This document shows positions 24,888 through 35,155 of a DNA stretch of 64,000 nt, in pieces. The position numbers were made by a program, and so were the translations under genes. This stretch comes from an uncultured Cytophagia bacterium (lineage in GTDB: Bacteria > Zhuqueibacterota > Zhuqueibacteria > Thermofontimicrobiales > Thermofontimicrobiaceae): contig CAZSBG010000002.1 of NCBI GenBank assembly GCA_964605145.1, positions 34,753 through 98,752 on the forward strand. The letters are read 5' to 3'. Numbering within the stretch: position 1 is the first letter of the stretch; each line of letters begins with the position of its first letter. The notes below the pieces were generated by a model. It saw nothing but the letters and a program-made list of their open reading frames with translations. It had not been told where the DNA came from and searched no databases.

Positions 24888-27365
24888 TCAAAGAAGTGAA
24901 ATTGGATCGATGTCAATTTGGATTTTTACAAATCGAAATGTTGAAATGGACTTGAACTTTTTCAGTGCGGTGCGAAGGTGTTGCCTGATAATGGCGCCTG
25001 AAGCATCCAGGCGTTTATTGGTTTTTATGATCATTTGCCAGCGGAATTTGTTTTTAATTTTAGAAAGCGGGGCCGGAATTGGTCCCAGAATCTGGGCATT
25101 TTTTTCCGGGATATTAATCAATTCGCGGAATTTTTCTGCGGCAGCGATCACTTTTTCTTCATTATCGCCTTTGATCAAAATATACACTAACCTGCCGAAT
25201 GGGGGATAATTCAGTTCACGTCGCGTCGGGATTTCGTAATTGAAAAAGCCTTTGAAATTATGATGTTGGGCAAACTGCAGACTTTTATTGTCTGGGGAAT
25301 AGGTTTGAATATACACCTGTCCGCTCAAATTTTTTCTACCTGCCCGGCCGGCAACCTGGGTGAGGAGTTGAAATGTTCGTTCCGAGGCTCTGAAATCAGG
25401 AAATAATAAACTCGTATCCGCAGAAATAACGCCGACGAGGGTGACATTTTGAAAATCGAGTCCCTTGGCGACCATCTGCGTGCCAAGCAGAATGTTGTAT
25501 TTGCCGCTGCCAAAATCTTTCAGGATTTTGTTATGGGCCCATTTGTGGCCTGTGGTATCGAGGTCCATGCGAACGTATCGGGCGTCCGGGAATAATGTTT
25601 CAATTTCTTCAGCGACTTTCTGAGTGCCAATTCCCTGAAATTGAATGTCGGCGCTGCCGCATTCCCTGCACGTTGCCGGCGCTCGTTTGGTGAAACTGCA
25701 ATAGTGGCAACGCAGGGTTCGGTTCGTTGAATGAAATGTAAGTGTGATATTGCAGTTATCGCAAACCTCAATAAATCCGCAATCTTTGCACTGAATGAAC
25801 GTGGAAAATCCGCGCCGGTTTTGAAGTAAGATCACTTGTTGCCCCAAATCCAGCCGCTGTTGAATCGCCGCTTGGAGGTCTTTGGAAAAAATGGAAACAT
25901 TTTGTTTCGGATAGCGACGCTTCTGAATTTTCATGTCGACAATCTCTACATGCGGCATGGCGATATTTTCGATTCTGTTGGGCAGTTCAATTAAATGGTA
26001 TTTTTTTATTTTGGTGTTATAATAGGATTCCAGGGAAGGCGTGGCTGAACCAAGAATGACCACCACATCATTTAATTTTCCGCGGTAAACGGCCACGTCT
26101 CTGGCGTGGTAAAGCGGCTGGGAATCGTACTGCTTGTAAGATGATTCATGTTCTTCATCAACAACAATGAGGCCGAGGTTTTTCAGCGGTGCAAAAATGG
26201 CCGAACGAGGGCCAATGGCAATTTTCAACTCGCCGTTGCGAAGTTTTCGCCAGGAATCGTAGCGTTCCCCGGGCGACATTCGGCTGTGGAGCACGGCCAC
26301 GGAATCTGGAAAATTGAGCGTAAAGCGCGCCACAGTCTGCGGCGTAAGCGAAATTTCAGGAACCAGCACGATGGCAGTTTTTCCTTTTTCCAGAACTCGT
26401 TTGATGGCTTCGATATAAACCTGAGTTTTCCCGCTCCCGGTCACGCCAAAAACAAGGTAAGTCGCAAACTGTTCGTTTTCGATTCCCTCCTCAATTTGCT
26501 CAATGGCATTGACCTGATCCCTGTTGAGAGAAAATTTTTCTGCCTGTTGCGTGGGCTGCATGGGAAAATACGAGCGGAAAACTTCTTTTTGAAATTTCTT
26601 CACATATCCGCGTTCAACCAGCGCGTCGATAACGCTGCTGCTGAAACCCCCAGTTTTGAGCAGTTCCGCCCGCGATATTTCATTTTTCTCAGAGAGCATT
26701 TTCAAGCAGGCAATTTGCGATGTTGCAGTTTTCGGAAGCTGGCCCAGAGCTTTTTCAAAATTTGATAGATCTGCAAATCCTTCGGCGAGTTTCAGCCAGA
26801 TCTCGTATTTGATTTTTGCAGACGCTTTGGAAAGAGAAAATTCCTGTTTGACAATACCAGCCTCAATCAGTTTTTGAATGGACAATGCTAACGAGGGCAC
26901 TTTGAATTTTTTCCGAATTTGCTGAACGTTGAGCCGTTTTTTTTCTAATAACAGATTTAGAATTTTTTCCTGCCGGGGCACATTGTTTTCGCTGAGGTAC
27001 TTTTTTACATCTTCTTCACTCTGAATGAGTTGAATGTAGGTTTGAGATTCCAGGTTGATCCCTCCCGGCAGCATAGCCTTAATCACTTCTCCCAAAGGAC
27101 TGATGTAATACTCAGAAATCCATCGGGCGAGCTCAAGCAGTTCAGGCAACAGGACCGGCTGCTCATCCAGCAGATCATAAATTGGCTTCAGGTCATTTCG
27201 GTCAGATTCTTGTTTCAGTGAAACCACATATCCGGTCATTTTTCGTCTGCCAAGAGGCACAAGCACGCGATCTCCCAATTTTACTGAGCTTTCCATTGAT
27301 TCGGGAATTTCGTAGGTATATGTTTGAAAAATAGGTAGTGGAATTGCGATATCGGCAAATTTCAT
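24888..27365 (-). CDS. priA: Primosomal replication restart helicase PriA
   Basis: 825 aa. Walker A GVTGSGKT. VVDEEHE box. Cys-rich insert CKDCGFIEVCDNCNITLTFH..LRCHYCSF..CRECGS. Confidence 0.95.
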   Translation of the reverse strand: MKFADIAIPLPIFQTYTYEIPESMESSVKLGDRVLVPLGRRKMTGYVVSLKQESDRNDLKPIYDLLDEQPVLLPELLELARWISEYYISPLGEVIKAMLPGGINLESQTYIQLIQSEEDVKKYLSENNVPRQEKILNLLLEKKRLNVQQIRKKFKVPSLALSIQKLIEAGIVKQEFSLSKASAKIKYEIWLKLAEGFADLSNFEKALGQLPKTATSQIACLKMLSEKNEISRAELLKTGGFSSSVIDALVERGYVKKFQKEVFRSYFPMQPTQQAEKFSLNRDQVNAIEQIEEGIENEQFATYLVFGVTGSGKTQVYIEAIKRVLEKGKTAIVLVPEISLTPQTVARFTLNFPDSVAVLHSRMSPGERYDSWRKLRNGELKIAIGPRSAIFAPLKNLGLIVVDEEHESSYKQYDSQPLYHARDVAVYRGKLNDVVVILGSATPSLESYYNTKIKKYHLIELPNRIENIAMPHVEIVDMKIQKRRYPKQNVSIFSKDLQAAIQQRLDLGQQVILLQNRRGFSTFIQCKDCGFIEVCDNCNITLTFHSTNRTLRCHYCSFTKRAPATCRECGSADIQFQGIGTQKVAEEIETLFPDARYVRMDLDTTGHKWAHNKILKDFGSGKYNILLGTQMVAKGLDFQNVTLVGVISADTSLLFPDFRASERTFQLLTQVAGRAGRKNLSGQVYIQTYSPDNKSLQFAQHHNFKGFFNYEIPTRRELNYPPFGRLVYILIKGDNEEKVIAAAEKFRELINIPEKNAQILGPIPAPLSKIKNKFRWQMIIKTNKRLDASGAIIRQHLRTALKKFKSISTFRFVKIQIDIDPISLL

Positions 27366-27501
27366 CTTTCATTTTCTCAATTTTTAATAAACCAGGATCA
27401 ATTGGTGAACATTTCTTGATTAATTTAAGTTAAAAAAAACAAAGTTAATTTGCAATTGAAAATTACATTCTCATAAAATACTATTTGAATTTGGAGGCGT
27501 T

Positions 27502-29493
27502 GTGATCAGGAAATTTTTAGTGGTAGCATTGCTGTTCATTTTGCCGCAGGTGGTTTGGGCTCAGCAAAAATACTGGATATTTTTTTCCGATAAAGGCTAT
27601 TCTGATTCAGAAATAGCATTGTTGAAAACAAGTGAAGAAAAAAGAATTACTGAACGAGCCTTGAAAAGGCGCGCAAAGGTGCTTCCGGAAGATCAGCTAA
27701 TTGAAAGAAACGACCTGCCCCTGTTTCAGCCCTATTTGAACGAATTGGAAGGCATGGGAATAAAACCGATTGTTAAATCCCGCTGGCTCAACGCTATCAG
27801 TGCCAATATCACGGAAGAGCAGCGGACGGAAGTTTTGTCCAGGACTTTTGTTAGAAGAGTCTCCCCGGTCTTAGAATACCGAAAAGAGCTTCCCGTTTCC
27901 AGGGATGAACCGAGATTGCAAAAGGCGCAGATCTATCAATTGGATTATGGGGTATCGATCGATCAAAATGAATTGATCCATGTGCCGCAAGTGCACGATC
28001 TGGGTCTGGATGGCAGTGGCGTTATACTTGGGATGCTTGACACAGGTTACGACTACGAAAATCACGAGGCGTTTGAGCATTTAAGGGTTGAAGGAGAATA
28101 CGATTTCATCCATAATGACAGCACCACGCAGAATGAAGAGCAGAATGATGATGTTCCCAGTCAAATCAATCATGGAACCATTACGCTGTCTGCAATCGGT
28201 GGATTCAAGGAGGGAGAATTGATTGGCCCGGCGTACGGCTCCAGTTATTTTCTGGCGAAAACAGAGGATGTTCGCAGCGAAACAGAAGTCGAGGAGGATT
28301 ACTGGGTTGCCGGCATCGAATGGCTGGAACGCCAGGGTGTTGATGTGGTGAACAGTTCCCTGGGCTATAATGATTGGTATGAATATTCAGATTTGAATGG
28401 TTTAACAGCGACAACGACCATCGCTGCGGATATTGCTGTGAGCAAAGGAGTCGTTGTGGTAAACAGCGCCGGTAACGAGGGAAATAAAAGCTGGCGTTAC
28501 ATGATTGCACCTGCCGATGGATTCAATGTCATTTCTGTGGGTGCTGTTTACAGAACCGGAGATCTGGTCAGTTTCAGCTCGCGCGGTCCCACGTATGATG
28601 GACGTACCAAACCGGATGTCATGGCCATGGGATCGGATGTTCGTTCGGTGCAGCCAGGTTCAATGTCCGATTATCGCGGCGCCAGTGGCACTTCACTGGC
28701 CAGTCCGTTAGTCGCGGGGGTCGCAGTGCTGGTGCTGCAAGCGCATCCGTATTTAACGCCCACGCAGGTTCGGGATGCCCTGAGAAATACTGCCACGCAG
28801 GCAACGTCGCCGGATAATGATTTCGGATGGGGAATTGTCAACGCATACGAAGCCATCTTTTATCACGGACTGTTTTTCAGCAGCACTCCGACTATTTATA
28901 CCGATGAAAGCATTGGGCACCCGGTCATGATAAATGTGTATTCAAAAAATGAAGTGCTCGCGGATTCAGTGCATCTGTTTTACTCAATAAATGGCAATCA
29001 ATTTGAAAAAATGACCATGACAGAAGCCGGTGATCAGCATTCATTCGAGGCCGTTATTCCGCTGCAGAGTGAGGGAACGGAGGTTCAATTCTATTTTTAT
29101 GCCAATGATCTGGAATCCGCGAAATTTCATCCGTTTTATGCACCGGAGAGTTATTTTACCTATGTCGCCTATGATTCGGCAATTACTCCGCCTGAAACGC
29201 CCTTGCCGGAGGAATTTCGGATGTATCAGAATTATCCGAATCCATTCAGGAAAATTACCACCATTTCGTATGATATTTTTGAGCCGGGAGATGTTCAATT
29301 GGTAATTTACAACATTCTCGGCCAGAGGGTTCGCACGTTAAAAAATGGATTTCACGATCGAAAAAATTATCAAATCATCTGGGATGGACTGGATGAGCGA
29401 GGCTCTAAGGTTGCGGCCGGTATATACCTGATTCAATTGAAAACTCAAAATTTTTCCACGGTAAAACGGATGGTTTTTCTCCATGCAAAATAA
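27502..29493 (+). CDS. S8 subtilisin-like serine peptidase with T9SS type-A sorting domain
   Basis: GGAGG precedes the GTG start. Signal peptide present. Catalytic triad: GMLDTGYD, HGTITLS, GTSLASP. C-terminus YQNYPNPFRKITTISYDI...AGIYLIQLKT. Confidence 0.9.
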   Translation: MIRKFLVVALLFILPQVVWAQQKYWIFFSDKGYSDSEIALLKTSEEKRITERALKRRAKVLPEDQLIERNDLPLFQPYLNELEGMGIKPIVKSRWLNAISANITEEQRTEVLSRTFVRRVSPVLEYRKELPVSRDEPRLQKAQIYQLDYGVSIDQNELIHVPQVHDLGLDGSGVILGMLDTGYDYENHEAFEHLRVEGEYDFIHNDSTTQNEEQNDDVPSQINHGTITLSAIGGFKEGELIGPAYGSSYFLAKTEDVRSETEVEEDYWVAGIEWLERQGVDVVNSSLGYNDWYEYSDLNGLTATTTIAADIAVSKGVVVVNSAGNEGNKSWRYMIAPADGFNVISVGAVYRTGDLVSFSSRGPTYDGRTKPDVMAMGSDVRSVQPGSMSDYRGASGTSLASPLVAGVAVLVLQAHPYLTPTQVRDALRNTATQATSPDNDFGWGIVNAYEAIFYHGLFFSSTPTIYTDESIGHPVMINVYSKNEVLADSVHLFYSINGNQFEKMTMTEAGDQHSFEAVIPLQSEGTEVQFYFYANDLESAKFHPFYAPESYFTYVAYDSAITPPETPLPEEFRMYQNYPNPFRKITTISYDIFEPGDVQLVIYNILGQRVRTLKNGFHDRKNYQIIWDGLDERGSKVAAGIYLIQLKTQNFSTVKRMVFLHAK

Positions 29494-29535
29494 AATGATA
29501 CCGCCGAAAAAAGAAAGGCAAGGGTATTTTTAATA

Positions 29536-30702
29536 ATGATGCAGACAGCGACTCTGGATGAAATAAAGAACGGACTTGTGAGTGATGTTTATTTTCAGCG
29601 GACGAAACAGGTGTTGGAAGAGTTGGGATTGAACAAGCATGTGACGGCTGAGGTAGTTTTGAAAAAAATGCCTGAGAATTATCCCTGGGGTGTCTGGGCC
29701 GGCCTGGAAGAATGCCTGACTTTATTCGACGGCGTCAAAGTTAATATATCCGCTTTGCCAGAGGGCACGATTTGCGGCGAGAATATACCACTCATGGTGA
29801 TTGAGGGCGACTACCTTGAATTTGCAGTGCTGGAAACGGCTCTGCTGGGATTCTTGTGCCAGGCATCCGGCATTGCCACCAAAGCAGCGCGCTGCCGAAT
29901 TGCAGCCGGGGACAGGCAGGTGATGTCTTTCGGTGCGCGCCGAATGCATCCGAGTATTGCGCCCATGGTGGAACGAAATGCGTACATCGGCGGCTGCGAT
30001 GGCGTTGCTGTGGTGAAAAGCGCGGAATTATTAAATATCGAGCCGAGCGGCACAGTGCCACACGCATTAATTCTCCTTGTTGGAGATACCGTGAAAGCTG
30101 TAAAGGCCTTCAATGAAATTATTGACAGGAAAATTAAACGAGTCGCCCTTATTGATACATTTAACGACGAAAAATTTGAGGCGCTGAATGTGGCTGAGGC
30201 GCTGGGCAAGGATTTGTTCGGCGTGCGATTCGATACGCCGGGGAGCCGCCGAGGCGATTTCGTGAGCCTGTTGAAGGAAGTCCGCTGGGAGCTGGATTTG
30301 CGGGGATTTCAGCATGTGAAGTTGTTGGTGTCCGGCGGATTGGACGAATACAAAATTCTTGAATTGAGCGAGATTGTGGATGCATACGGCGTGGGCACAT
30401 CGATTTCCAGCGCGCCGGTCCTGGATTTTTCATTGGATATTGTCCAGATCGAAGGCAAGCCCATTGCCAAACGTGGTAAAGCCTCCGGGAAAAAAGAAGT
30501 GTTTCGGTGTCCCAAGTGTCACAAAACAGTCGTTATTCCGACCGGGTGGAAAGTAGAATCTGCCTGCGATTGTCGCGCGCCTTACGAGAACATGCTCCAA
30601 GATTTTGTCACGGATGGAAAAATGATACATGACCTTCCCGGTCCGCACGAAATCCGTGACCATGTACTCAGCCAATTGTCGCATTATTCAATAGAAGTGT
30701 AG
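29536..30702 (+). CDS. pncB: Nicotinate phosphoribosyltransferase, archaeal/short type with C-terminal Cys4 zinc-knuckle
   Basis: 388 aa. SDVYFQRTKQVL, FGARRMHP, GTVPHALI, GVRFDTPGS. C-terminal CPKCH...CDC, as described for the Thermoplasma-type enzyme. Confidence 0.8.
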   Translation: MMQTATLDEIKNGLVSDVYFQRTKQVLEELGLNKHVTAEVVLKKMPENYPWGVWAGLEECLTLFDGVKVNISALPEGTICGENIPLMVIEGDYLEFAVLETALLGFLCQASGIATKAARCRIAAGDRQVMSFGARRMHPSIAPMVERNAYIGGCDGVAVVKSAELLNIEPSGTVPHALILLVGDTVKAVKAFNEIIDRKIKRVALIDTFNDEKFEALNVAEALGKDLFGVRFDTPGSRRGDFVSLLKEVRWELDLRGFQHVKLLVSGGLDEYKILELSEIVDAYGVGTSISSAPVLDFSLDIVQIEGKPIAKRGKASGKKEVFRCPKCHKTVVIPTGWKVESACDCRAPYENMLQDFVTDGKMIHDLPGPHEIRDHVLSQLSHYSIEV

Positions 30703-30743
30703 GCAGGCATCTTTCAAAAAAGTGGAATATGTGCCGCAAAAGT

Positions 30744-30781
30744 AAAAAAGGAATAACGATGTTTCGCTATTCCTTTTTTTT
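30744..30781. terminator. Bidirectional intrinsic terminator between convergent pncB and the ABC-2 permease
   Basis: AAAAAAGGAATA-12 nt-TATTCCTTTTTT. 12-bp stem with an A-run on one side and a T-run on the other. Confidence 0.7.
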
Positions 30782-30794
30782 AATTCATAGAAAA

Positions 30795-32123
30795 TTATTT
30801 ATATTTGATCCAATTAATGACCTCCGGCAATGTCGGGCGCTTGCCATACATTAAAATTCCTACCCTGAAAATTTTGCCAGCCAGCCAAATGAAAAAGATA
30901 GTGGTCACAACGAGGATGATAATCGAAATCAAAATCTCAGCAAATGGCGGTGTGAACACTGAAATTCGGCTGAACATGGTAATAGGAGCGAAGAACGGGA
31001 TGTACGATAAAATAATACTCAAATCTGCCGCCGGATTTTTTATGATGTAAAATGCCGAGAAAAATGCCAGAATGATGAGCATAAGCACAGGGAACTGGAA
31101 TTGCTGCGCATCCTGGTCTGAGTTTACCATGGCTCCCAGTGCTGCATATAGCGTTGCATAGAGCATATAACCCAACACAAAGAAAACCACGAAATAGACC
31201 AGCACCGAGATGGGAATGGTTGGCATGGGAACACCAGAAGCCGAGGGCGCGAAAACCCGGATAATGCTGGTGCTGTACACTGTCAGAAGTCCTGCCACGG
31301 CTGCCCAGATGAAATACTGGGTTAACCCGACAGCGCCAATTCCAATCACTTTGCCAGCCATGAGTTGGAATGGCTTGCAGGATGAGATCAGCACTTCTAC
31401 CACGCGGGAAAGCTTCTCTTCGTAAACGCTTCGCATCACAAATGCGCCGTACATTATCAATGCCATGTACAGAAACATGACCATGATAAATGTAACAGCA
31501 AACGACAAACCCACATCTTCTTTCTCTTCGCCTCCCTTGGCAACTTTGAATGTTTTCAAATTTACGCGTCGTGTGAGATTTTTTATCAATTCCGGATCCA
31601 GATTGCTTTTTTCTAACCGGTGATTCGTAATGATTTGTGAAATGGTATTTCGGAACAGCCGGTTCTCGTCGAAGTTGCTCACACTTTTGGCATAAAATTC
31701 ACTGGTGTTTTCCTCAAAAATATCGGATGGAATGATGAAGTAGCCGTCAATTTTGCTTTGATCCACGGAAGCGCTGAGATCGCTCTTCACATCCGGCAGG
31801 TTTTCTTCTGTGGCCTGCACCTGAGTAAATTGATATAATCGACTTCCATCATCTGTGGTGTCGCTCAACGATGCAACAAGTTCATCATACACAATGCCGC
31901 TCATATCGATCACAGATATATTTTTTGTCTTTTCGGATTTTAAGGTCATCAACAGACCGGGACCAATAGTCAATAAAATGATGAATAAGGGCGTCAATGC
32001 AGTCCCAATGATAAAACCCTTGGTTTTGACCCGGGAAATATATTCTCGTTTAAATATTGTCCAGAATTTATTCACTGATTTCCCTCCCTTCTTTTTTGGT
32101 GACTGTTTGAATGAAAATTTCAT
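30795..32123 (-). CDS. ABC-2 type transporter permease (NatB-like)
   Basis: 442 aa. N-terminal TM, large extracytoplasmic loop, then a C-terminal bundle of about 5 TMs. An alternative GTG start overlapping the ATPase stop (GTGAATAA) is possible. Confidence 0.8.
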   Translation of the reverse strand: MKFSFKQSPKKKGGKSVNKFWTIFKREYISRVKTKGFIIGTALTPLFIILLTIGPGLLMTLKSEKTKNISVIDMSGIVYDELVASLSDTTDDGSRLYQFTQVQATEENLPDVKSDLSASVDQSKIDGYFIIPSDIFEENTSEFYAKSVSNFDENRLFRNTISQIITNHRLEKSNLDPELIKNLTRRVNLKTFKVAKGGEEKEDVGLSFAVTFIMVMFLYMALIMYGAFVMRSVYEEKLSRVVEVLISSCKPFQLMAGKVIGIGAVGLTQYFIWAAVAGLLTVYSTSIIRVFAPSASGVPMPTIPISVLVYFVVFFVLGYMLYATLYAALGAMVNSDQDAQQFQFPVLMLIILAFFSAFYIIKNPAADLSIILSYIPFFAPITMFSRISVFTPPFAEILISIIILVVTTIFFIWLAGKIFRVGILMYGKRPTLPEVINWIKYK

Positions 32124-32985
32124 GAAGCGATGGTTCCATAATTTCGAACCGATTTATATCGACCTCTTGAATGGCGGTTTTTAAAATCTGTTGAATGGTT
32201 ACGTTTTCAGCCGGATGAATTTCCATGTACTTTTCATGCTGTTTGAATGAACTCACCAGTTTGGTATCCTGCAAAAATTTGGCGTCGCCATCGAATTGCA
32301 TGCGGATGATGTTTCTTCTGAATTGCTTCTTTATCTCGTGCAAATCACCACTCAATACGGTTTTGCCATCATCGATGAGACAAAGTGAGTCGCACAGTTT
32401 CTCCACCTGATCCATCAAATGTGTAGAGAAAATGATAGTGGCGCCACTGTTTTTTTGTTCCAGCATGATGTTTTTGATGAGTTCGGTATTCACAGGATCA
32501 AGGCCGGTGAACGGTTCGTCCAAAATGATTAATTTAGGATTGTGGATTACTGTTGAAATGAATTGAATCTTTTGTTGCATTCCGCGGGACAATTCTTCGA
32601 CCTTTTTGTCGATCCATTCAATAAGTTCAAATCGTTCCAGCCACAGTTTGATGCGGTCTTTCGATTCTGATGGTTTCACGCTTTTCATTTCAGCTAAAAA
32701 GGAAACAAGTTCGCCCACTTTCATCTTTTTATAGAGTCCGCGTTCTTCCGGCAAATACCCGACATTATCGCGCATTTCCTGAGAATTCGGCTGGCCCATA
32801 AGGCTGATTTTGCCTTTATCCGGAATGATGATGTCCATCACCATGCGAATGGTTGTGGTTTTCCCAGCGCCATTGGGACCCAGCAGGCCAAAAATAACGC
32901 CCGGGGGAAGCTCCAGGTTCAGGTCCTGCACCGCATGGACATCTTTAAAGGATTTATAAACATGCTCAATGCTTAGAATAGACAC
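32068..32985 (-). CDS. ABC transporter ATP-binding protein (NatA-like)
   Basis: Walker A GPNGAGKTT. Signature LSRGMQQK. Walker B LIILDEPFTGLD. Confidence 0.9.
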   Translation of the reverse strand: MSILSIEHVYKSFKDVHAVQDLNLELPPGVIFGLLGPNGAGKTTTIRMVMDIIIPDKGKISLMGQPNSQEMRDNVGYLPEERGLYKKMKVGELVSFLAEMKSVKPSESKDRIKLWLERFELIEWIDKKVEELSRGMQQKIQFISTVIHNPKLIILDEPFTGLDPVNTELIKNIMLEQKNSGATIIFSTHLMDQVEKLCDSLCLIDDGKTVLSGDLHEIKKQFRRNIIRMQFDGDAKFLQDTKLVSSFKQHEKYMEIHPAENVTIQQILKTAIQEVDINRFEIMEPSLHEIFIQTVTKKEGREISE

Positions 32986-33116
32986 ATTTTCCTCCTGTTT
33001 ATGGTTTTGGTGGCAATGATAAAGCCTGAAAAATGTAAGTTATTGTTTTGCTTTTCATAAAATTGTTATAGAGAATTTATAATTAAAGTAACTATGCCAG
33101 CTTGAGGTGAATTTTT

Positions 33117-34374
33117 TCATATTTTTCGAATGAACCAATCCAATGCCACTGCAATTTCAACTAATTTTTCAGGATCAACAATGTCAATATTGTCTTTGGA
33201 AGTGTGAGTGATTTCCTGATTTTCGATATTTTCAATGAACCACTGGGAAGATACGGCAATTGCAGGACATCCCTGCTGAATGAAAATACTATGATCGCCC
33301 TGAGGCCATTGGATTCCTTCTGTTATTCCGCTGAATTTTTGAAATACACCTTTGGCGCTTTTTTGTATCGCCTCAGGGACATCGAAAAGCGAAAAGGACG
33401 TTCTGCCCTGTCTATATCCGGCTCCATCGATGTTTATATTTAAAACAATGTCTTTGAATTTTTTTTTGATTTTTCCGAATGTAATCCATTTGACCGGGCA
33501 CAGCAAAGTAATCTTCTCCGTTGAACGCAACAAGCTCTATCGATTTGGGCCCGTCATAGTCGATCAGCAATTCTGCAACAAGCAACAAAACGACAATCCC
33601 GGTTGCATTATCGATCGCGCCCGGCGTACCTTTTTTGGCATCTATGTGTGCAGTTATTACAATGCGTTCAGATGAATTGTTCCTTTTTCGTGCGATAACA
33701 TTATAAGCCTTCGCCGGAATACGTTTTGAGAATGATTTTAATTTTGCTGTTTTCCGGACGTGCGATAGTAAAATCCCACCTATTTCTTTGGTTGTGTACA
33801 CGGAAGGAATATCAAAATCCCCGTCCTCGATGAGAGGAAAGGGATAGATGCCTCCTGCAAGGGCTGCATTTCTTCCTGTTGCGGCAATGATCGCGGAAGG
33901 TTGTTTTTCTTCAAGAAGAGCAATTATTTTTTGATGCTCTTCCGGATTATAAAAAACGAAATTCTTGGGCATGAGCTGCTCTTTGGCAATCTCACCATGC
34001 AACAGAAGTACCTTACCGGTCGTTTCAACCTGCTCAAGCTCGCTAATTGTCGAAGCGCTCATTAGTTGTGCCTGAACTGTGCATCCCAGCGAATACGGAC
34101 TTGCGAGAACATCAAATCGACCGTTTTCAATGTGCAGCATGGCGCCCTCGTCCTGCCAGTCAATTATGTCCAATTCAATCATTTCTGTCTGCCAGCCTGA
34201 TGAGGAGATCCTGTTTTCGAAAAAGCGCGTTGCTTCCCTGTTGCCAGGACTTCCCACACTACGGTCGGAAATATCTTCACATAGTCGCTTCAAATATCGA
34301 GCGGCTTTTTCATTGAGCTGCTCTTCTTGCATTTTTCCGTATGTGAATAACCCATTATTATTCTTTCTTAGCAT
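33117..34374 (-). pseudogene. M28 family metallopeptidase interrupted by a frameshift in an A9 tract
   Basis: ORF 33412..34374 (ITAHIDAK, AIDNATG, FNGEDYF) and ORF 33117..33533 (NINIDGAGY, HTSKDNIDIV) together form one M28 fold. The frames switch inside T9 on the plus strand (33459-33467). Removing one base gives a single ~418-aa ORF. Confidence 0.75.
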
Positions 34375-35155
34375 TGTTAATCACATTCATGACTGATTCA
34401 ATTTTTGAAACCGATTTACGTGCTGCTTCATACCCCCGCTCGAATAAAATGTCTGCCTGGTGAAAATCGTGCGGATTGAGGCCCTGCAATTCCGGGATAA
34501 TGGTCACATCGCCGTTGGGCGCGTGAATGGCGATCTGGTTCAACGCCAATTGAGAAGACGCCACTAAAACCTGAATGATATTGTCCGGTGGTTTTTTGTT
34601 CGATACCGGCGGCAGCAACTTCACGGCGATGACAACATCAGCGCCCATGTCGCGAACGATATTCGTTGGAATAAAATTGAGCACACCGCCGTCGACGAAG
34701 ATTTTTTCATCCTGAACCAGTGGAGTAAAAACGCCGGGAATGGCGCAGCTTGCGCGCACTGCCTGGGATAATTTTCCAAATTTGAAAATCTTTTCTTTTC
34801 CTGAAGTCAGGTCCACGGCAATGGCGGCAAACTTCTTCGGAAGCATCGGAATATCGATGCCATCCAGCTCTGAATCGATAAATCGTTCAAGCATGGAGCT
34901 GTCTAAAAGTCCCAGTCTGGGAAGCGTGAGTCTGCTGATTTTCGCCCATGAAAGCTGTTTGACGATTTCAAACATGCGATCACTGGAATACCCAGCAGCG
35001 AAAAAAGCACCCACTGCCGAGCCGGCGCTGGTGCCGGCAATGATGTCAATGGGGATGTTGTTTTCTTCCAGCGCCTTAATTACACCGATATGTGCGATAC
35101 CCAATACTGCGCCGCCGCTGAGCGCCAATCCGATTTTTTTATTCTGCTTTTCCAT
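34358..35155 (-). CDS. Patatin-like phospholipase
   Basis: GLALSGGAVLGIAHIG (oxyanion Gly-rich loop). GTSAG (GxSxG nucleophile). FVDGG (catalytic Asp). Confidence 0.9.
   Translation of the reverse strand: MEKQNKKIGLALSGGAVLGIAHIGVIKALEENNIPIDIIAGTSAGSAVGAFFAAGYSSDRMFEIVKQLSWAKISRLTLPRLGLLDSSMLERFIDSELDGIDIPMLPKKFAAIAVDLTSGKEKIFKFGKLSQAVRASCAIPGVFTPLVQDEKIFVDGGVLNFIPTNIVRDMGADVVIAVKLLPPVSNKKPPDNIIQVLVASSQLALNQIAIHAPNGDVTIIPELQGLNPHDFHQADILFERGYEAARKSVSKIESVMNVINNAKKE

Noticed and set aside
29722-30684. Cluster of 60-132-aa ORFs on both strands inside the nicotinate phosphoribosyltransferase gene
   Set aside because: These are shadow ORFs in a locally GC-richer coding region. Their translations are Arg/Pro/Ala-rich nonsense. 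The 388-aa plus-strand ORF has full-length family similarity.
19915-30781. Possible repeat family: the terminator stems at 19915-19963 (AATAGCGATGTTTT...) and 30744-30781 (AATAACGATGTTTCGCTATT) share an 11/12-nt string
   Set aside because: The shared stretch is short and AT-rich. The two hairpins differ in architecture: in one the string is in the stem, in the other it is in the loop. With only two copies I cannot distinguish this from chance.
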